Assembly: GCA_964247135.1 (NCBI GenBank)
Contig: CAXTTL010000016.1
Span: forward strand, 1 to 38,762
Direction of reading: 5' to 3'
DNA from: an uncultured Deinococcales bacterium
Lineage (GTDB): Bacteria > Deinococcota > Deinococci > Deinococcales > JAAFIG01
Length of the DNA: 38,762 nt
Below are positions 9,259-17,871 of the stretch, in pieces. Both the position numbers and the translations under genes were made by a program. Below the pieces are notes generated by a model. That model was not told where the DNA came from, did no database searches, and saw nothing but the letters and a program-made list of their open reading frames with translations. Numbering within the stretch: position 1 is the stretch's first letter; each line of letters starts with the position of its first letter.

Positions 9259-10032
9259 TCAACGTTTTTTCAGGCGCAGGCTTTCCCAACTTCCGTCACT
9301 CGCCCAGCCCCCATCGACCGAGAGGTTGTGACCGTTGATAAAACCCGATTGCTTGCCGTCCGCCAAGAATGCCACGGCTTGTGCGATGTCGTCGGGGCTG
9401 GCGTAGCGTCCCATCGGCACCCGACCTTCGATGTCGGCGTGGCTGTACGTGCCAACCCCAGTGTCTTTGTGATCCATTTCGGTCAAAACCCAACCAGGAC
9501 AAACGGCGTTGACCCGCACCCCTCGTCCGCCCCATTCGGCAGCCAAGGTTTTGGTCAAACCGATCAGACCGTGTTTGCTGGCATTGTAGGCGCTGCGATC
9601 ACTGACACCGAGCAAGCCAGCAACCGAGGCAATGTTGATGATGCTGCCCGCACCTCGAGCCAGCATGTGCTTGCCAAATTCGCGGCAGAGCAAAAAAGGT
9701 GCGGTCAAATTCACGTTGATGACCTGCTGCCATTCTGATAACGTGATGTCTTCGGCGGGTTTGATAAAACTGATGCCCGCGTTGTTGACCAGCACATCGG
9801 CGCGACCAAATTTTTCCAGGGTTCGCTCGAGCATGGTTTGCACCACAGATTCGCTCGAGATGTCGCCCAACACCACCAGGCATTCAGCATCACCCAACTT
9901 CTCGAGCGTCTGTTCTGGGTGACGCAAGTCGTTCAGCACGAGATTGAAGCCTTTTGCAGCCAGAACTTCAGCGGTGCGTTTGCCAATACCTTGGGCTGCG
10001 CCCGTTATTACTGCGACTTGAGTTTCGGTCAT
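9259..10032 (-). CDS. Short-chain dehydrogenase/reductase
   Basis: TGAAQGIG, NNAG, YNASK, VNAVCPG, VDGG. Confidence 0.93.
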   Translation of the reverse strand: MTETQVAVITGAAQGIGKRTAEVLAAKGFNLVLNDLRHPEQTLEKLGDAECLVVLGDISSESVVQTMLERTLEKFGRADVLVNNAGISFIKPAEDITLSEWQQVINVNLTAPFLLCREFGKHMLARGAGSIINIASVAGLLGVSDRSAYNASKHGLIGLTKTLAAEWGGRGVRVNAVCPGWVLTEMDHKDTGVGTYSHADIEGRVPMGRYASPDDIAQAVAFLADGKQSGFINGHNLSVDGGWASDGSWESLRLKKR

Positions 10033-10192
10033 GGTTAAATCTTGACACGAATCCAACTCGAGCGGCGCGTCTTGGTTGTAAAAAGCTCGAGTGTGGTTTT
10101 AAGCCGAGTTTAACGACCAGTGATTTGGCGTTAGCGGCAAAAGTGTGTTGACCTTGGTTTGTTCAAAGTTTTTCTTTAAACAAAGTTTATTG

Positions 10193-10245
10193 GTAGGGTG
10201 CGCCTTGCGCACCGTCAGTCACGTGCTCATGGTGCGCAAGGCTAC
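10193..10245 (+). repeat. REPIN copy with a 6-nt deletion in the right arm
   Basis: GTAGGGTGCGCCTTGCGCACC + 17 nt + GGTGCGCAAGGC[GCACCC missing]TAC. Confidence 0.85.
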
Positions 10246-10336
10246 AGTTTTGGAATTTTTGAAAGAAACATTCTGGTTTCTCGAGGGGCAACATACTTTT
10301 GGGGGTATCCCAACGATTTGTGCAAATGGTTTGCAG

Positions 10337-10606
10337 TCATGATTCGGAATTGTAAATCTTCTCGAGATCAATTTGGTAATGGTTGGCGAGCGCTATCAAA
10401 CAGTTCAGGACATGACTGATTTCTGTGCCGAGACGTTCCAGACTGGGTTCTTTTTGTCAGTGTGCTTTTGAACCAATCCGTCCGAGCAAGGCAACTTCTT
10501 GCGCAACCTCGCCAAGTTCTTCGGTGGCGGCAAGCATAAATTCTGCACCGCTAAAAGATGAATTATTCATTTTCCGCACTCGAGTTTGCAATTCCGAGAT
10601 CGTCAT
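10337..10606 (-). pseudogene. MazG-like nucleotide pyrophosphohydrolase interrupted by an in-frame TGA (10457-10459)
   Basis: Hand translation: MTISELQTRVRK...ATEELGEVAQEVALLGRIGSKAH*QKEPSLERLGTEISHVLNCLIALANHYQIDLEKIYNSES*; starts 3 nt after the GNAT stop. Confidence 0.8.
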
Positions 10607-10609
10607 GAT

Positions 10610-11167
10610 TCACCGCCGCTCGAGCCAAGCCGAACGCTCGAGGCTGTAATGCGCAAAATTGTAATGCCGCGTTTCGACGCTGATGCGCTCGAAAACAAAA
10701 CCGACTTTTTCAAAAGCTTTTCGGGCACGGGCATTGTGCTCGAGGGTTTTGAGGCGCAGTCGCTCGAGTTTGAGCTTACCAAATGCAATCTCGAGGATGC
10801 CTTTCATGGCGTCTGTGCCGTAACCCATGCTCCACAAGGTTTTTTCGCCGATCAGTATGCCCAGTTCGCCTCGGTACGGGGTTTTGACCGGCTCGAGGTC
10901 GTAAATTTCAACGCTGCCGATGAATTGATTTTGAAGGGTATAAATGCCGTATCCTTGGCGTTCGCCGCTGCGTTCCTCACCCATGACGACGCGTTTGAAC
11001 AGCCACAACGGCATGTACATTGGACTCGAGCCGTTTAAGAGCGCGATTTCTTTGTCCCGAAAATAGCGGTAAAACAACTGCCAATCGCGCGGGGTCATCT
11101 CGAGCAAGGGCTTTAAGAGCACTTTGCCGCTGATGATTGGTGGTGTTTGTGGTGGCGGGACACGCAT
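10610..11167 (-). CDS. GNAT acetyltransferase, RimJ/RimL family
   Basis: ELGILIGEKTLWSMGYGTDA, NARARKAFEKVGF. Confidence 0.9.
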   Translation of the reverse strand: MRVPPPQTPPIISGKVLLKPLLEMTPRDWQLFYRYFRDKEIALLNGSSPMYMPLWLFKRVVMGEERSGERQGYGIYTLQNQFIGSVEIYDLEPVKTPYRGELGILIGEKTLWSMGYGTDAMKGILEIAFGKLKLERLRLKTLEHNARARKAFEKVGFVFERISVETRHYNFAHYSLERSAWLERR

Positions 11168-11294
11168 TGGTTACAGTCTATGCGATATCTGGTTTGGGGA
11201 TGCAATCCAGCCAAATCTTCTGAATTGTTGTCTTGAGAAATGCTGCATTGCAAAATCAAAGGATCAAATTTTGTGCTGCAAGCTGAGCTGGTCT

Positions 11295-11346
11295 TGTTTT
11301 AATAGACGTCTTGACAATATCTGTTTTAACAAGTATTGTTTTGACA
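11295..11346 (+). promoter_or_regulatory. Sigma70 promoter overlapped by 15-bp-spaced TGT-N4-ACA boxes
   Basis: TTGACA (11311)-17 bp-TATTGT (11334); boxes CGTCTTGACA 11307, TGTTTTAACA 11322, TGTTTTGACA 11337. Confidence 0.7.
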
Positions 11347-11597
11347 GGTTTTCCAAGAAGATATTTCACTGCAAAATTTCATCATCAAGTTCAATCCAAA
11401 AACACCGCCAAGCCCATGAGCAACTTAAAAAATCAAGCTCGAGGGGCTGTGATCCACAATTTGTTTTGAAACACGGTCGCCAATTCAAAAAGCGTTTCGT
11501 ATTTTCAAGATTTTTGAATTGCTTTCACTTTGGTCGTTGCAGGCTCGAGCAGTTCAACCCTTCGCCCTCAAGTCAACAATTCATTAAGGAGAAAAAC

Positions 11598-12680
11598 ATG
11601 CAACGCAAACACATTCTTCTGGCATTCGGAGCCGCCCTCGCCACCACCTTAGCCGTCGCCCAAACGGGTCCGCTCGAGAAGGACGGCAACGGTCAGACCA
11701 TCCCCGAGTTGTATCAGGCAGCACTTCAGGAGGGCGGAGCGTTAACCGTTTATGCTGGCGGCGACGAGAAGAACCAGCAAGACAGCACGATTCAAGCCTT
11801 CAAAGCTGCCTTCCCGAACATCAATCTGAATTTGACGGTGGATTTGAGCAAGTACCACGACAGCAAAATCGATCAAGAACTTGCCGCCAAAGACCTCAAA
11901 GTCGATGTTGCGATGTTGCAAACCCTGCACGACTTTGACCGTTGGAAGTCTCAAGGCGTGCTTTTAAATTACAAACCCGTCGGTTCGGATCATGTGCCCG
12001 CCAAGTTCAAAGACAAGGACGGCTTTTACACGGGCATGACGATTTTCAGCTTCTCGAACGTCTCAAACAGCGACCTGGTGAAAGCCGAAGATGCCCCTCG
12101 AGACGCCACCGATTACCTTGATCCAAAATGGAAAGGCAAAATTGTTCTGACCTACCCCAACGATGATGACGCCGTGTTGTACGAGTTTTACAAGATCATT
12201 CAAAAGTACGGCTGGTCGTACATGGATAAATTAAAGACCCAAGATGTCCAGTGGGTTCGCGGCACCGCCACACCATTCACGCTGCTGTTGATGCAGAAAA
12301 AAGCGGTTTCGTTCACGACCTTTGCGCCCTTGGTTGCCCAACCTGGTCTGAGCGTGCGCTACACGATTCCAAAAACGGATTCGTTCTTGACTTGGGCGCA
12401 AACCGCCGCCATTTTCAAAGCCTCCAAGCACAAAGCCGCCGCAAAACTGTTCCTGGCATTTTTGCTGACCCAACAATTCCAAAGCTATTCGCCATTCTGG
12501 TCGGTGCGTGATGACATGCCAAATCCAAAAGGTTACAATGCACTCTCGAGTTACAACACCGATCACAGCGATTTCAAAAACTTTATGAAAGACCGCGTCA
12601 ATGCCGAGCGTTTCCGCTTTCAAATCGAGCGTTACATCGGTCCAGCCCAAGGACTTTCACCGCTCGAGGATGGCATTTAA
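11598..12680 (+). CDS. Extracellular solute-binding protein (Fe3+/thiamine/polyamine-type), orphan
   Basis: AAGGAG RBS, signal peptide ending AVA-Q, 'ELYQAALQEGGALTVY', 'DYLDPKWKGKI', 'AAAKLFLAFLLT'. Confidence 0.85.
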   Translation: MQRKHILLAFGAALATTLAVAQTGPLEKDGNGQTIPELYQAALQEGGALTVYAGGDEKNQQDSTIQAFKAAFPNINLNLTVDLSKYHDSKIDQELAAKDLKVDVAMLQTLHDFDRWKSQGVLLNYKPVGSDHVPAKFKDKDGFYTGMTIFSFSNVSNSDLVKAEDAPRDATDYLDPKWKGKIVLTYPNDDDAVLYEFYKIIQKYGWSYMDKLKTQDVQWVRGTATPFTLLLMQKKAVSFTTFAPLVAQPGLSVRYTIPKTDSFLTWAQTAAIFKASKHKAAAKLFLAFLLTQQFQSYSPFWSVRDDMPNPKGYNALSSYNTDHSDFKNFMKDRVNAERFRFQIERYIGPAQGLSPLEDGI

Positions 12681-12703
12681 GCCGTATCACTTTAAGTCAT
12701 TTG

Positions 12704-12730
12704 ATCCCCTCGAGAACCCGAGGGGATTTC
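12704..12730 (+). terminator. Putative terminator hairpin
   Basis: ATCCCCTCG-AGAACC-CGAGGGGAT, followed by a short U tract. Confidence 0.55.
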
Positions 12731-12773
12731 TGAATTTGAAGGGCGTGGCAGCAGATTTTGATTCAACGAAAAA

Positions 12774-12813
12774 TGTGTTGACAACATTCGTAATGACAGA
12801 TATTGTTACAACG
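12774..12813 (+). promoter_or_regulatory. marR promoter with the same 15-bp-spaced boxes
   Basis: TTGACA (12778)-17 bp-TATTGT (12801); boxes TGTGTTGACA 12774, CGTAATGACA 12789, TGTTACAACG 12804. Confidence 0.7.
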
Positions 12814-12852
12814 GTTATCAGAAAAACCCAGTCTGATACCAGGAGCAAGAAA

Positions 12853-13338
12853 ATGACCAGCAAATCAAGCAATGCGCCAAAAACCAATCCCCAAAAAGTC
12901 AACAAAGACCGAACCAAACTCGAGAATGATGTGGTCATCAATCTTGCACGCCTGTTGACCGAAAATGCAGATGAAATGTCAGCCCTCTTTGCTCATCATG
13001 GTTTGAGCGTGGCACACTTTAACGTCTTGAGGATTTTAAGAGGTGCCAAAAGTGACGGCTTGCCTTGTGGCACGGTTGGAGAGCGTCTGATCAACAAAGA
13101 GCCAGACATGACCCGTTTGCTGGACCGAATGGAAAAACAAAATTTGGTGATACGCACCAGGGACCAGACAGATCGGCGCATCGTGACGGCTCGAATTACC
13201 GAACACGGTCTAGCGATTCTCAAAGCCCTCGATGAGCCACTCGCCAACTTGCTGCACCAACATTTTGGGCATGTTTCCAGTCAAAAACTCGAGGCTTTGC
13301 TCGAAATGATTCAAGAATTGCGCCAACGCCCGAGCTAA
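12853..13338 (+). CDS. MarR family transcriptional regulator
   Basis: AGGAG RBS; GLSVAHFNVLRIL, PDMTRLLDRME, DRRIVTARITEHG. Confidence 0.92.
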   Translation: MTSKSSNAPKTNPQKVNKDRTKLENDVVINLARLLTENADEMSALFAHHGLSVAHFNVLRILRGAKSDGLPCGTVGERLINKEPDMTRLLDRMEKQNLVIRTRDQTDRRIVTARITEHGLAILKALDEPLANLLHQHFGHVSSQKLEALLEMIQELRQRPS

Positions 13339-13351
13339 AATTTGATTTAAT

Positions 13352-13381
13352 ACTTGTTTTAACAAGTGTTGTTTTAACAAG
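13352..13381. promoter_or_regulatory. Tandem palindromic operator upstream of the doxX operon
   Basis: ACTTGTTTTAACAAGT plus a second TGTTTTAACA 15 bp later. Confidence 0.7.
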
Positions 13382-13425
13382 CTGTCACCCATCGCCCTTA
13401 TTCCCAAGCTTCAAAAAGGAGTTTC

Positions 13426-13782
13426 ATGAACATTGTATTGTGGATCGTTTCCGCCCTGACAGCCCTCGCCTTCCTCGCCTCTGGCGCGATGAAACTGACG
13501 CAACCCAAAGAAAAAATGGCAGCCCAAATGAAATGGGTCGAAGATTTTAGCCAAAGCACCATTCAGGGCATTGGCGCACTCGAGGTGCTGGGCGCAATTG
13601 GTCTCATTTTACCGCGAGTGTTGAACATCCTGCCCTGGCTCTCGAGCCTTGCCGCCATCGGTTTGATCCTGACCATGATTGGCGGAGCGCTGGTTCATAT
13701 TCGCCGCAAAGAACCCATCGTGCCAAATGTTGTGCTGGGTTTGCTCAGCGCCATTTCCTTGTATGCCACGACCCAAGGCTAA
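13426..13782 (+). CDS. DoxX family membrane protein
   Basis: FLASGAMKL, IGALEVLGAIGLILP, HIRRKE; AAGGAG RBS. Confidence 0.9.
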   Translation: MNIVLWIVSALTALAFLASGAMKLTQPKEKMAAQMKWVEDFSQSTIQGIGALEVLGAIGLILPRVLNILPWLSSLAAIGLILTMIGGALVHIRRKEPIVPNVVLGLLSAISLYATTQG

Positions 13783-13818
13783 TCCCAAAACCCATCTCGA
13801 GTTCAAAAGGAAAATCAC

Positions 13819-14232
13819 ATGACCCAAGCAACCGCCAGCAAAAACAATGGTTTCAACATCGCCCTCTGGATCGTTCAAGTCTTACTTTTCGCGGCATTCA
13901 GCATTTCAGGATCCATGAAACTCACCGCACCCATAAGCCAGCTCTCAAGCACCCTGCCTTGGACGCCAGAGGTTCCTGAAATGCTGGTACGCTTTATTGG
14001 TTTGGCTGAAGCTGCGGGCGCTCTGGGCTTACTGCTGCCTTCAATCAGCAAAATCCAACCTCAACTGACCCCGCTCGCCGCCATCGGACTGGTCATTGTG
14101 ATGCTGCTCGCCGTGGCGTTTCACATCGGCAGGGGTGAAATCTCGATGATCATGCCGAGCCTGATTCTTGGACTGCTCTGCGCTTTTGTGGCTTGGGGTC
14201 GTAGGCAAGTGCCAATTCTGGCTCGAGCTTAA
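13819..14232 (+). CDS. DoxX family membrane protein
   Basis: LWIVQVLL..SGSMKL, FIGLAEAAGALGLLLP, FHIGRGE. Confidence 0.9.
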   Translation: MTQATASKNNGFNIALWIVQVLLFAAFSISGSMKLTAPISQLSSTLPWTPEVPEMLVRFIGLAEAAGALGLLLPSISKIQPQLTPLAAIGLVIVMLLAVAFHIGRGEISMIMPSLILGLLCAFVAWGRRQVPILARA

Positions 14233-14248
14233 CTCAAAGGAAAACCTG

Positions 14249-15154
14249 ATGTTTGAGTTCACCCCCAACCCTCAATTGTTATCGTTTGAATCCCGTTTGG
14301 GCGCGGTGCATATCGCCGTGACCGACGCTGGGCGTGCTCGAGAGTTCTGGACGAACACCCTGGGTTTGACCGAACTCGGGTCAAGCGATGACACGATTCG
14401 ACTGGGCGCAGGCACGGCAGAATTGGTGGTCTTGCACCCAAACGTCAAAGGCAGCGTCGAACCGCGCCGCACGGGCTTGTACCACCTCGCCATTCACTTT
14501 CCAAACCGCAAAGAATTCGCTCGAGCCGTGGCACGGTTGTTTAAGCTGCGCTACCCGAATTCGCCCACCGATCACACCATCACCCAAACCACGTACCTGT
14601 CCGACCCTGACGGCAACGGAATCGAATTGACCCTCGAGACGCCAGAGCGTGGCGGCACGGTTTGGCTCAAAAATGGCGACCCCGCCATCCAAACCAGCGA
14701 CGGCAGAATCGTCAGTCCAGTCGAACGCCTGGACGTTGCGCCCTTGTTTGCGCTCCTAAACTCGAGCGACGATTTACAGCAAGCCGTCCCTGCTGGCACA
14801 CGCATCGGGCATGTTCACTTGCATGTGCGAGACAAAAATGTCGCCACGGCTTTTTACCGCGACCTGATCGGTTTTCGGGTCTTGATGGAAATTCCACAAA
14901 TGGGCATGGTGGACTTTGGACTCGAGCAAAACAGCATTCCGCACACCCTGGCGATCAATGCCTGGCACGGCGCGAATGCACCAACACCTTCGGCAAATAC
15001 GGCAGGCTTGAGGCATTTTACGGTTCATGTTTCCCAGAGCGATTTGATTGGCGTCATCACGCGTTTGGAACAAGCCAATTGGAAGTTTGAAACGCTCGAG
15101 CGCGGGATAGAGGTGCGCGATCCATCCGAGAACGCGTTGCGAATCTTGGTGTAA
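14249..15154 (+). CDS. VOC family protein, CatE-like (catechol 2,3-dioxygenase-like)
   Basis: TGLYHLAI, DH..T..YLSDPDGNGIEL, IGHVHLHV, GLRHF, RDPSEN; AAAGGA RBS before ATG 14249. Confidence 0.87.
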   Translation: MFEFTPNPQLLSFESRLGAVHIAVTDAGRAREFWTNTLGLTELGSSDDTIRLGAGTAELVVLHPNVKGSVEPRRTGLYHLAIHFPNRKEFARAVARLFKLRYPNSPTDHTITQTTYLSDPDGNGIELTLETPERGGTVWLKNGDPAIQTSDGRIVSPVERLDVAPLFALLNSSDDLQQAVPAGTRIGHVHLHVRDKNVATAFYRDLIGFRVLMEIPQMGMVDFGLEQNSIPHTLAINAWHGANAPTPSANTAGLRHFTVHVSQSDLIGVITRLEQANWKFETLERGIEVRDPSENALRILV

Positions 15155-15338
15155 AAAAACTCGAATTTTCGGCAGCTCGAGCATTCTTAAGAAAATCCAG
15201 CTTAAAACCAACTCAAGTTCAAACTTTCCTTGAACCTCGGCTCGAAGTTCACTTTTTGCCAGTCCAGAACAAGCTTTCAGCCCAACAGACAGCGTTTCAC
15301 TCAGGAAGTGCTCAATCAGCAATCATAGACTTTTCATC

Positions 15339-16016
15339 ATGGCAGCCAGCCCACGCATTTTGATTGTCGAAGACGACGCAGGCATTCGTGAATACCTCGA
15401 GCTTGGACTGGAATTTGAAGGTTTTGAAGTCTCGAGCGCGGGCGTGGCATCCGAGGCGTTGCGTCTGTTTGAAACCAACCCGCCAGACATCGTGATTCTG
15501 GACGTGATGCTGCCAGGTTCGGACGGTTTTCATGTGCTCGAGAACATGCGGCTGCGCTCGAGGTTGCCCGTGTTGATGCTGACCGCCAAAGACGCGCTCG
15601 AGGATCGGGTGCGCGGTTTGACTTTGGGCGCGGACGATTATTTGGTGAAACCTTTCGCCTTCCCAGAATTGGTGGCTCGCTTGCGTGCCGTTTTGCGGCG
15701 CACCCGTCCCGACCTCGAGGAAGTTCTGACGTATTCGGACATCAGCGTGGACTTGCGTTCCCGCGAGGCGTTCAGGGCTGGGGTGTTGCTCGAGTTGCGT
15801 CCCAGAACCTTTGATTTGCTCGAGTTTTTACTGCGTTACCCTGAACGCACGTTGTCCAAAGAGGTGCTTTTAGATGGTGTCTGGGGTAAAGAATTTTTGG
15901 GCGATGAAAACGTGGTCGAGGTGTACGTGGGGTATTTGCGCCGCGCTTTGGGCGAACCGCTAATCGTTCATACGGTGCGCAGCGCCGGGTATTTGTTAAA
16001 AGTTCGTCATGAGTAA
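15339..16016 (+). CDS. OmpR/MprA-like response regulator
   Basis: ILIVEDD, ILDVMLP, GADDYLVKPF, NVVEVYVGYLRR. Confidence 0.95.
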   Translation: MAASPRILIVEDDAGIREYLELGLEFEGFEVSSAGVASEALRLFETNPPDIVILDVMLPGSDGFHVLENMRLRSRLPVLMLTAKDALEDRVRGLTLGADDYLVKPFAFPELVARLRAVLRRTRPDLEEVLTYSDISVDLRSREAFRAGVLLELRPRTFDLLEFLLRYPERTLSKEVLLDGVWGKEFLGDENVVEVYVGYLRRALGEPLIVHTVRSAGYLLKVRHE

Positions 16017-16073
16017 CTGGTTTATTACCCATGAATAACTGGTTTATTACCCATGAATAACTGGTTTTTATCC
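16009..16073 (+). repeat. 22-bp tandem repeat, about 3 units (ATGARTAACTGGTTTATTACCC)
   Basis: Units start at 16009, 16031 and 16053; the third unit diverges at its 3' end. Confidence 0.92.
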
Positions 16074-17402
16074 ATCAACAATTGGTCGTTGCGCAACAAG
16101 CTCTTGTTGGGTTTGCTGGTCGTCAACCTATTGGTTTTGATTCCAATGGGTGCAGTCTTGTACTGGCGGGTGCAAAATTATGCCGAGGTGGATTTGAATC
16201 CATCGCTCGCGCCCAGGATTCAGCAGTTGTTCAAAGAATTTCAGGTGGTGCAATCTGGATTTGGTGAATTCAGGATTTTGCGACCACCAAGTTGGTGTAC
16301 GCCCCGCGACAACCTGATTACGCCCTTGCCAGGTTTGCTCGATCAGGTGCGTCCAGAGTTGATTCAAGAATTTTGCAACTCGAGTTATTCACTCGATACC
16401 CAGGTTGTGCTGAGCGTGATTAGCGCCATTGCCGCCCGAGAAACGGTGTCCGATTTGCTCACCAGTTTACGTGGAACGTATTTGATCGGGGCGGCATTGC
16501 TCTTGCTGCTGGCGACCGCCGTCGGTTTGGTGCTGGTCAATCAGGGTTTAAGACCCCTGGAACGCATTTCGGCTCGAGCCGCGCAACTCAAATCCGATTC
16601 GCTGTCCGAACGCCTCGACGTGCCTCAAACCGGCGATGAGGTGCAGCAGGTGGCGCTCAGCATCAACGCCATGCTCGCCAGGCTCGAGGCTGGTTTTGCG
16701 CAGCTCAAACTCGAGGAATCACGCACCAGGCAGTTTGCCGCCGATGCCTCGCACGAACTTCGCACGCCAGTCACAGCGCTGCAAGGTTATTTAGAATTGC
16801 TGGCTCGAGCGCCCGACAACGCCGATACCAGGTCGCGTTTGTTGGCTGCCAGCCGCCGCGAATCTGAGCGCATCAACCGACTGATCGCCGATTTGTTGAC
16901 CATCACGCGACTGGACGCCGGCGAGTCCTTGCAGTTGCAAAACCTCGCGCTCGCACCCTGGCTCGAGCATTTTGCCGAACGCGTCCGAGATTTTGCGCCA
17001 GAGCACCGCATTTTGGTCAACCTCTGCAACCTTAGCCCGAATTTTACGCTGCCCGTCGATGCCGAGCGGCTCGAGCAAGCATTGTGGAATTTGGTCTCAA
17101 ATGCCGTGAAATACGGCGATGCGAAAGTGCTGGAATTGTTTATCACAACCAATCAAAATTCGCTCGAGATTGGCGTTTTTAACCCAGGCGCCGCCATTCC
17201 GAGCGAAGTGCAAAGCCGTCTGTTCGAGCGTTTCTACCGTGCGCCCAGCGCCTTTGACCGTGGTTTGAAAGGCGTGGGCTTGGGCTTGAGCATCGTGCAA
17301 GCCATCGCCACGGCACATAAAGCCAGCGTTTTTGTGCGCAGTCCGATTGTGCGCCAAGGATCAGTCGGCACCGAAATTGGAATTCAATTTCCGAGGGTTT
17401 GA
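16053..17402 (+). CDS. HAMP-domain sensor histidine kinase
   Basis: 2 TM, HAMP, H-box ADASHELRTP, NLVSNAVKY, GLGLSIV. Confidence 0.93.
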   Translation: MNNWFLSINNWSLRNKLLLGLLVVNLLVLIPMGAVLYWRVQNYAEVDLNPSLAPRIQQLFKEFQVVQSGFGEFRILRPPSWCTPRDNLITPLPGLLDQVRPELIQEFCNSSYSLDTQVVLSVISAIAARETVSDLLTSLRGTYLIGAALLLLLATAVGLVLVNQGLRPLERISARAAQLKSDSLSERLDVPQTGDEVQQVALSINAMLARLEAGFAQLKLEESRTRQFAADASHELRTPVTALQGYLELLARAPDNADTRSRLLAASRRESERINRLIADLLTITRLDAGESLQLQNLALAPWLEHFAERVRDFAPEHRILVNLCNLSPNFTLPVDAERLEQALWNLVSNAVKYGDAKVLELFITTNQNSLEIGVFNPGAAIPSEVQSRLFERFYRAPSAFDRGLKGVGLGLSIVQAIATAHKASVFVRSPIVRQGSVGTEIGIQFPRV

Positions 17403-17412
17403 AATGCGCCCC

Positions 17413-17832
17413 TCAAAGCTTGAACATGACTTTTTTGCCCAAACGATGAAGTCGAACATCAACCTCAAAACGCTCCGTCCCGAGGCTCGAGTAACCTTCA
17501 ATCGCCAGTTTCATCATGCCGCCCTCTTTGGGAATGATGTTGTCCCTGAAGTTTTGCAAGGTCGTGTCGCTCAATTCCGTCAGCCATTCCTGGTAGCTGT
17601 CAGACCCGAGCACGATTTTGCTCTCGCCCGGGGCAATCACAATGCTGCGTTCATTCATGACGCGGTGCTCGGTGTTGGCGCTGACAAAACCGACTTTGGA
17701 AACGTACAGGTGGCTGGGTCCAAAATTAAACAGCAAGAAATGCTCGAGCGTTTCCAAATCGGAGGGATTCACGGGACTTCCCAGCAGCAAGGTTTGACCC
17801 ATGTGGCAAAGCACCAGACGTTTTGGATTCAT
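17413..17832 (-). CDS. Hypothetical protein
   Basis: 139-aa ORF filling the gap between the kinases; TAGAAT 7 nt before ATG. Confidence 0.65.
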   Translation of the reverse strand: MNPKRLVLCHMGQTLLLGSPVNPSDLETLEHFLLFNFGPSHLYVSKVGFVSANTEHRVMNERSIVIAPGESKIVLGSDSYQEWLTELSDTTLQNFRDNIIPKEGGMMKLAIEGYSSLGTERFEVDVRLHRLGKKVMFKL

Positions 17833-17871
17833 GAAGCTAATTCTACGCGATCAAGCTTTGTTTTTCGAGGG

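Noticed and set aside
10242-10340. 32-codon minus-strand ORF (MTANHLHK...) overlapping the MazG-like stop and ending in the REPIN
   Set aside because: Too short and no recognisable motif; it may be a remnant but cannot be supported.
11124-11597. N-terminal ORF-track extensions (SBP, zwf, pgl, marR, gdh, HAD, SIMPL, rpmI)
   Set aside because: Downstream starts have an RBS or -10 box and match family N-termini; the extensions overlap promoters or other genes.
16009-16073. 22-bp repeat as a mini CRISPR array
   Set aside because: Units are contiguous with no spacers, and no cas genes are present.
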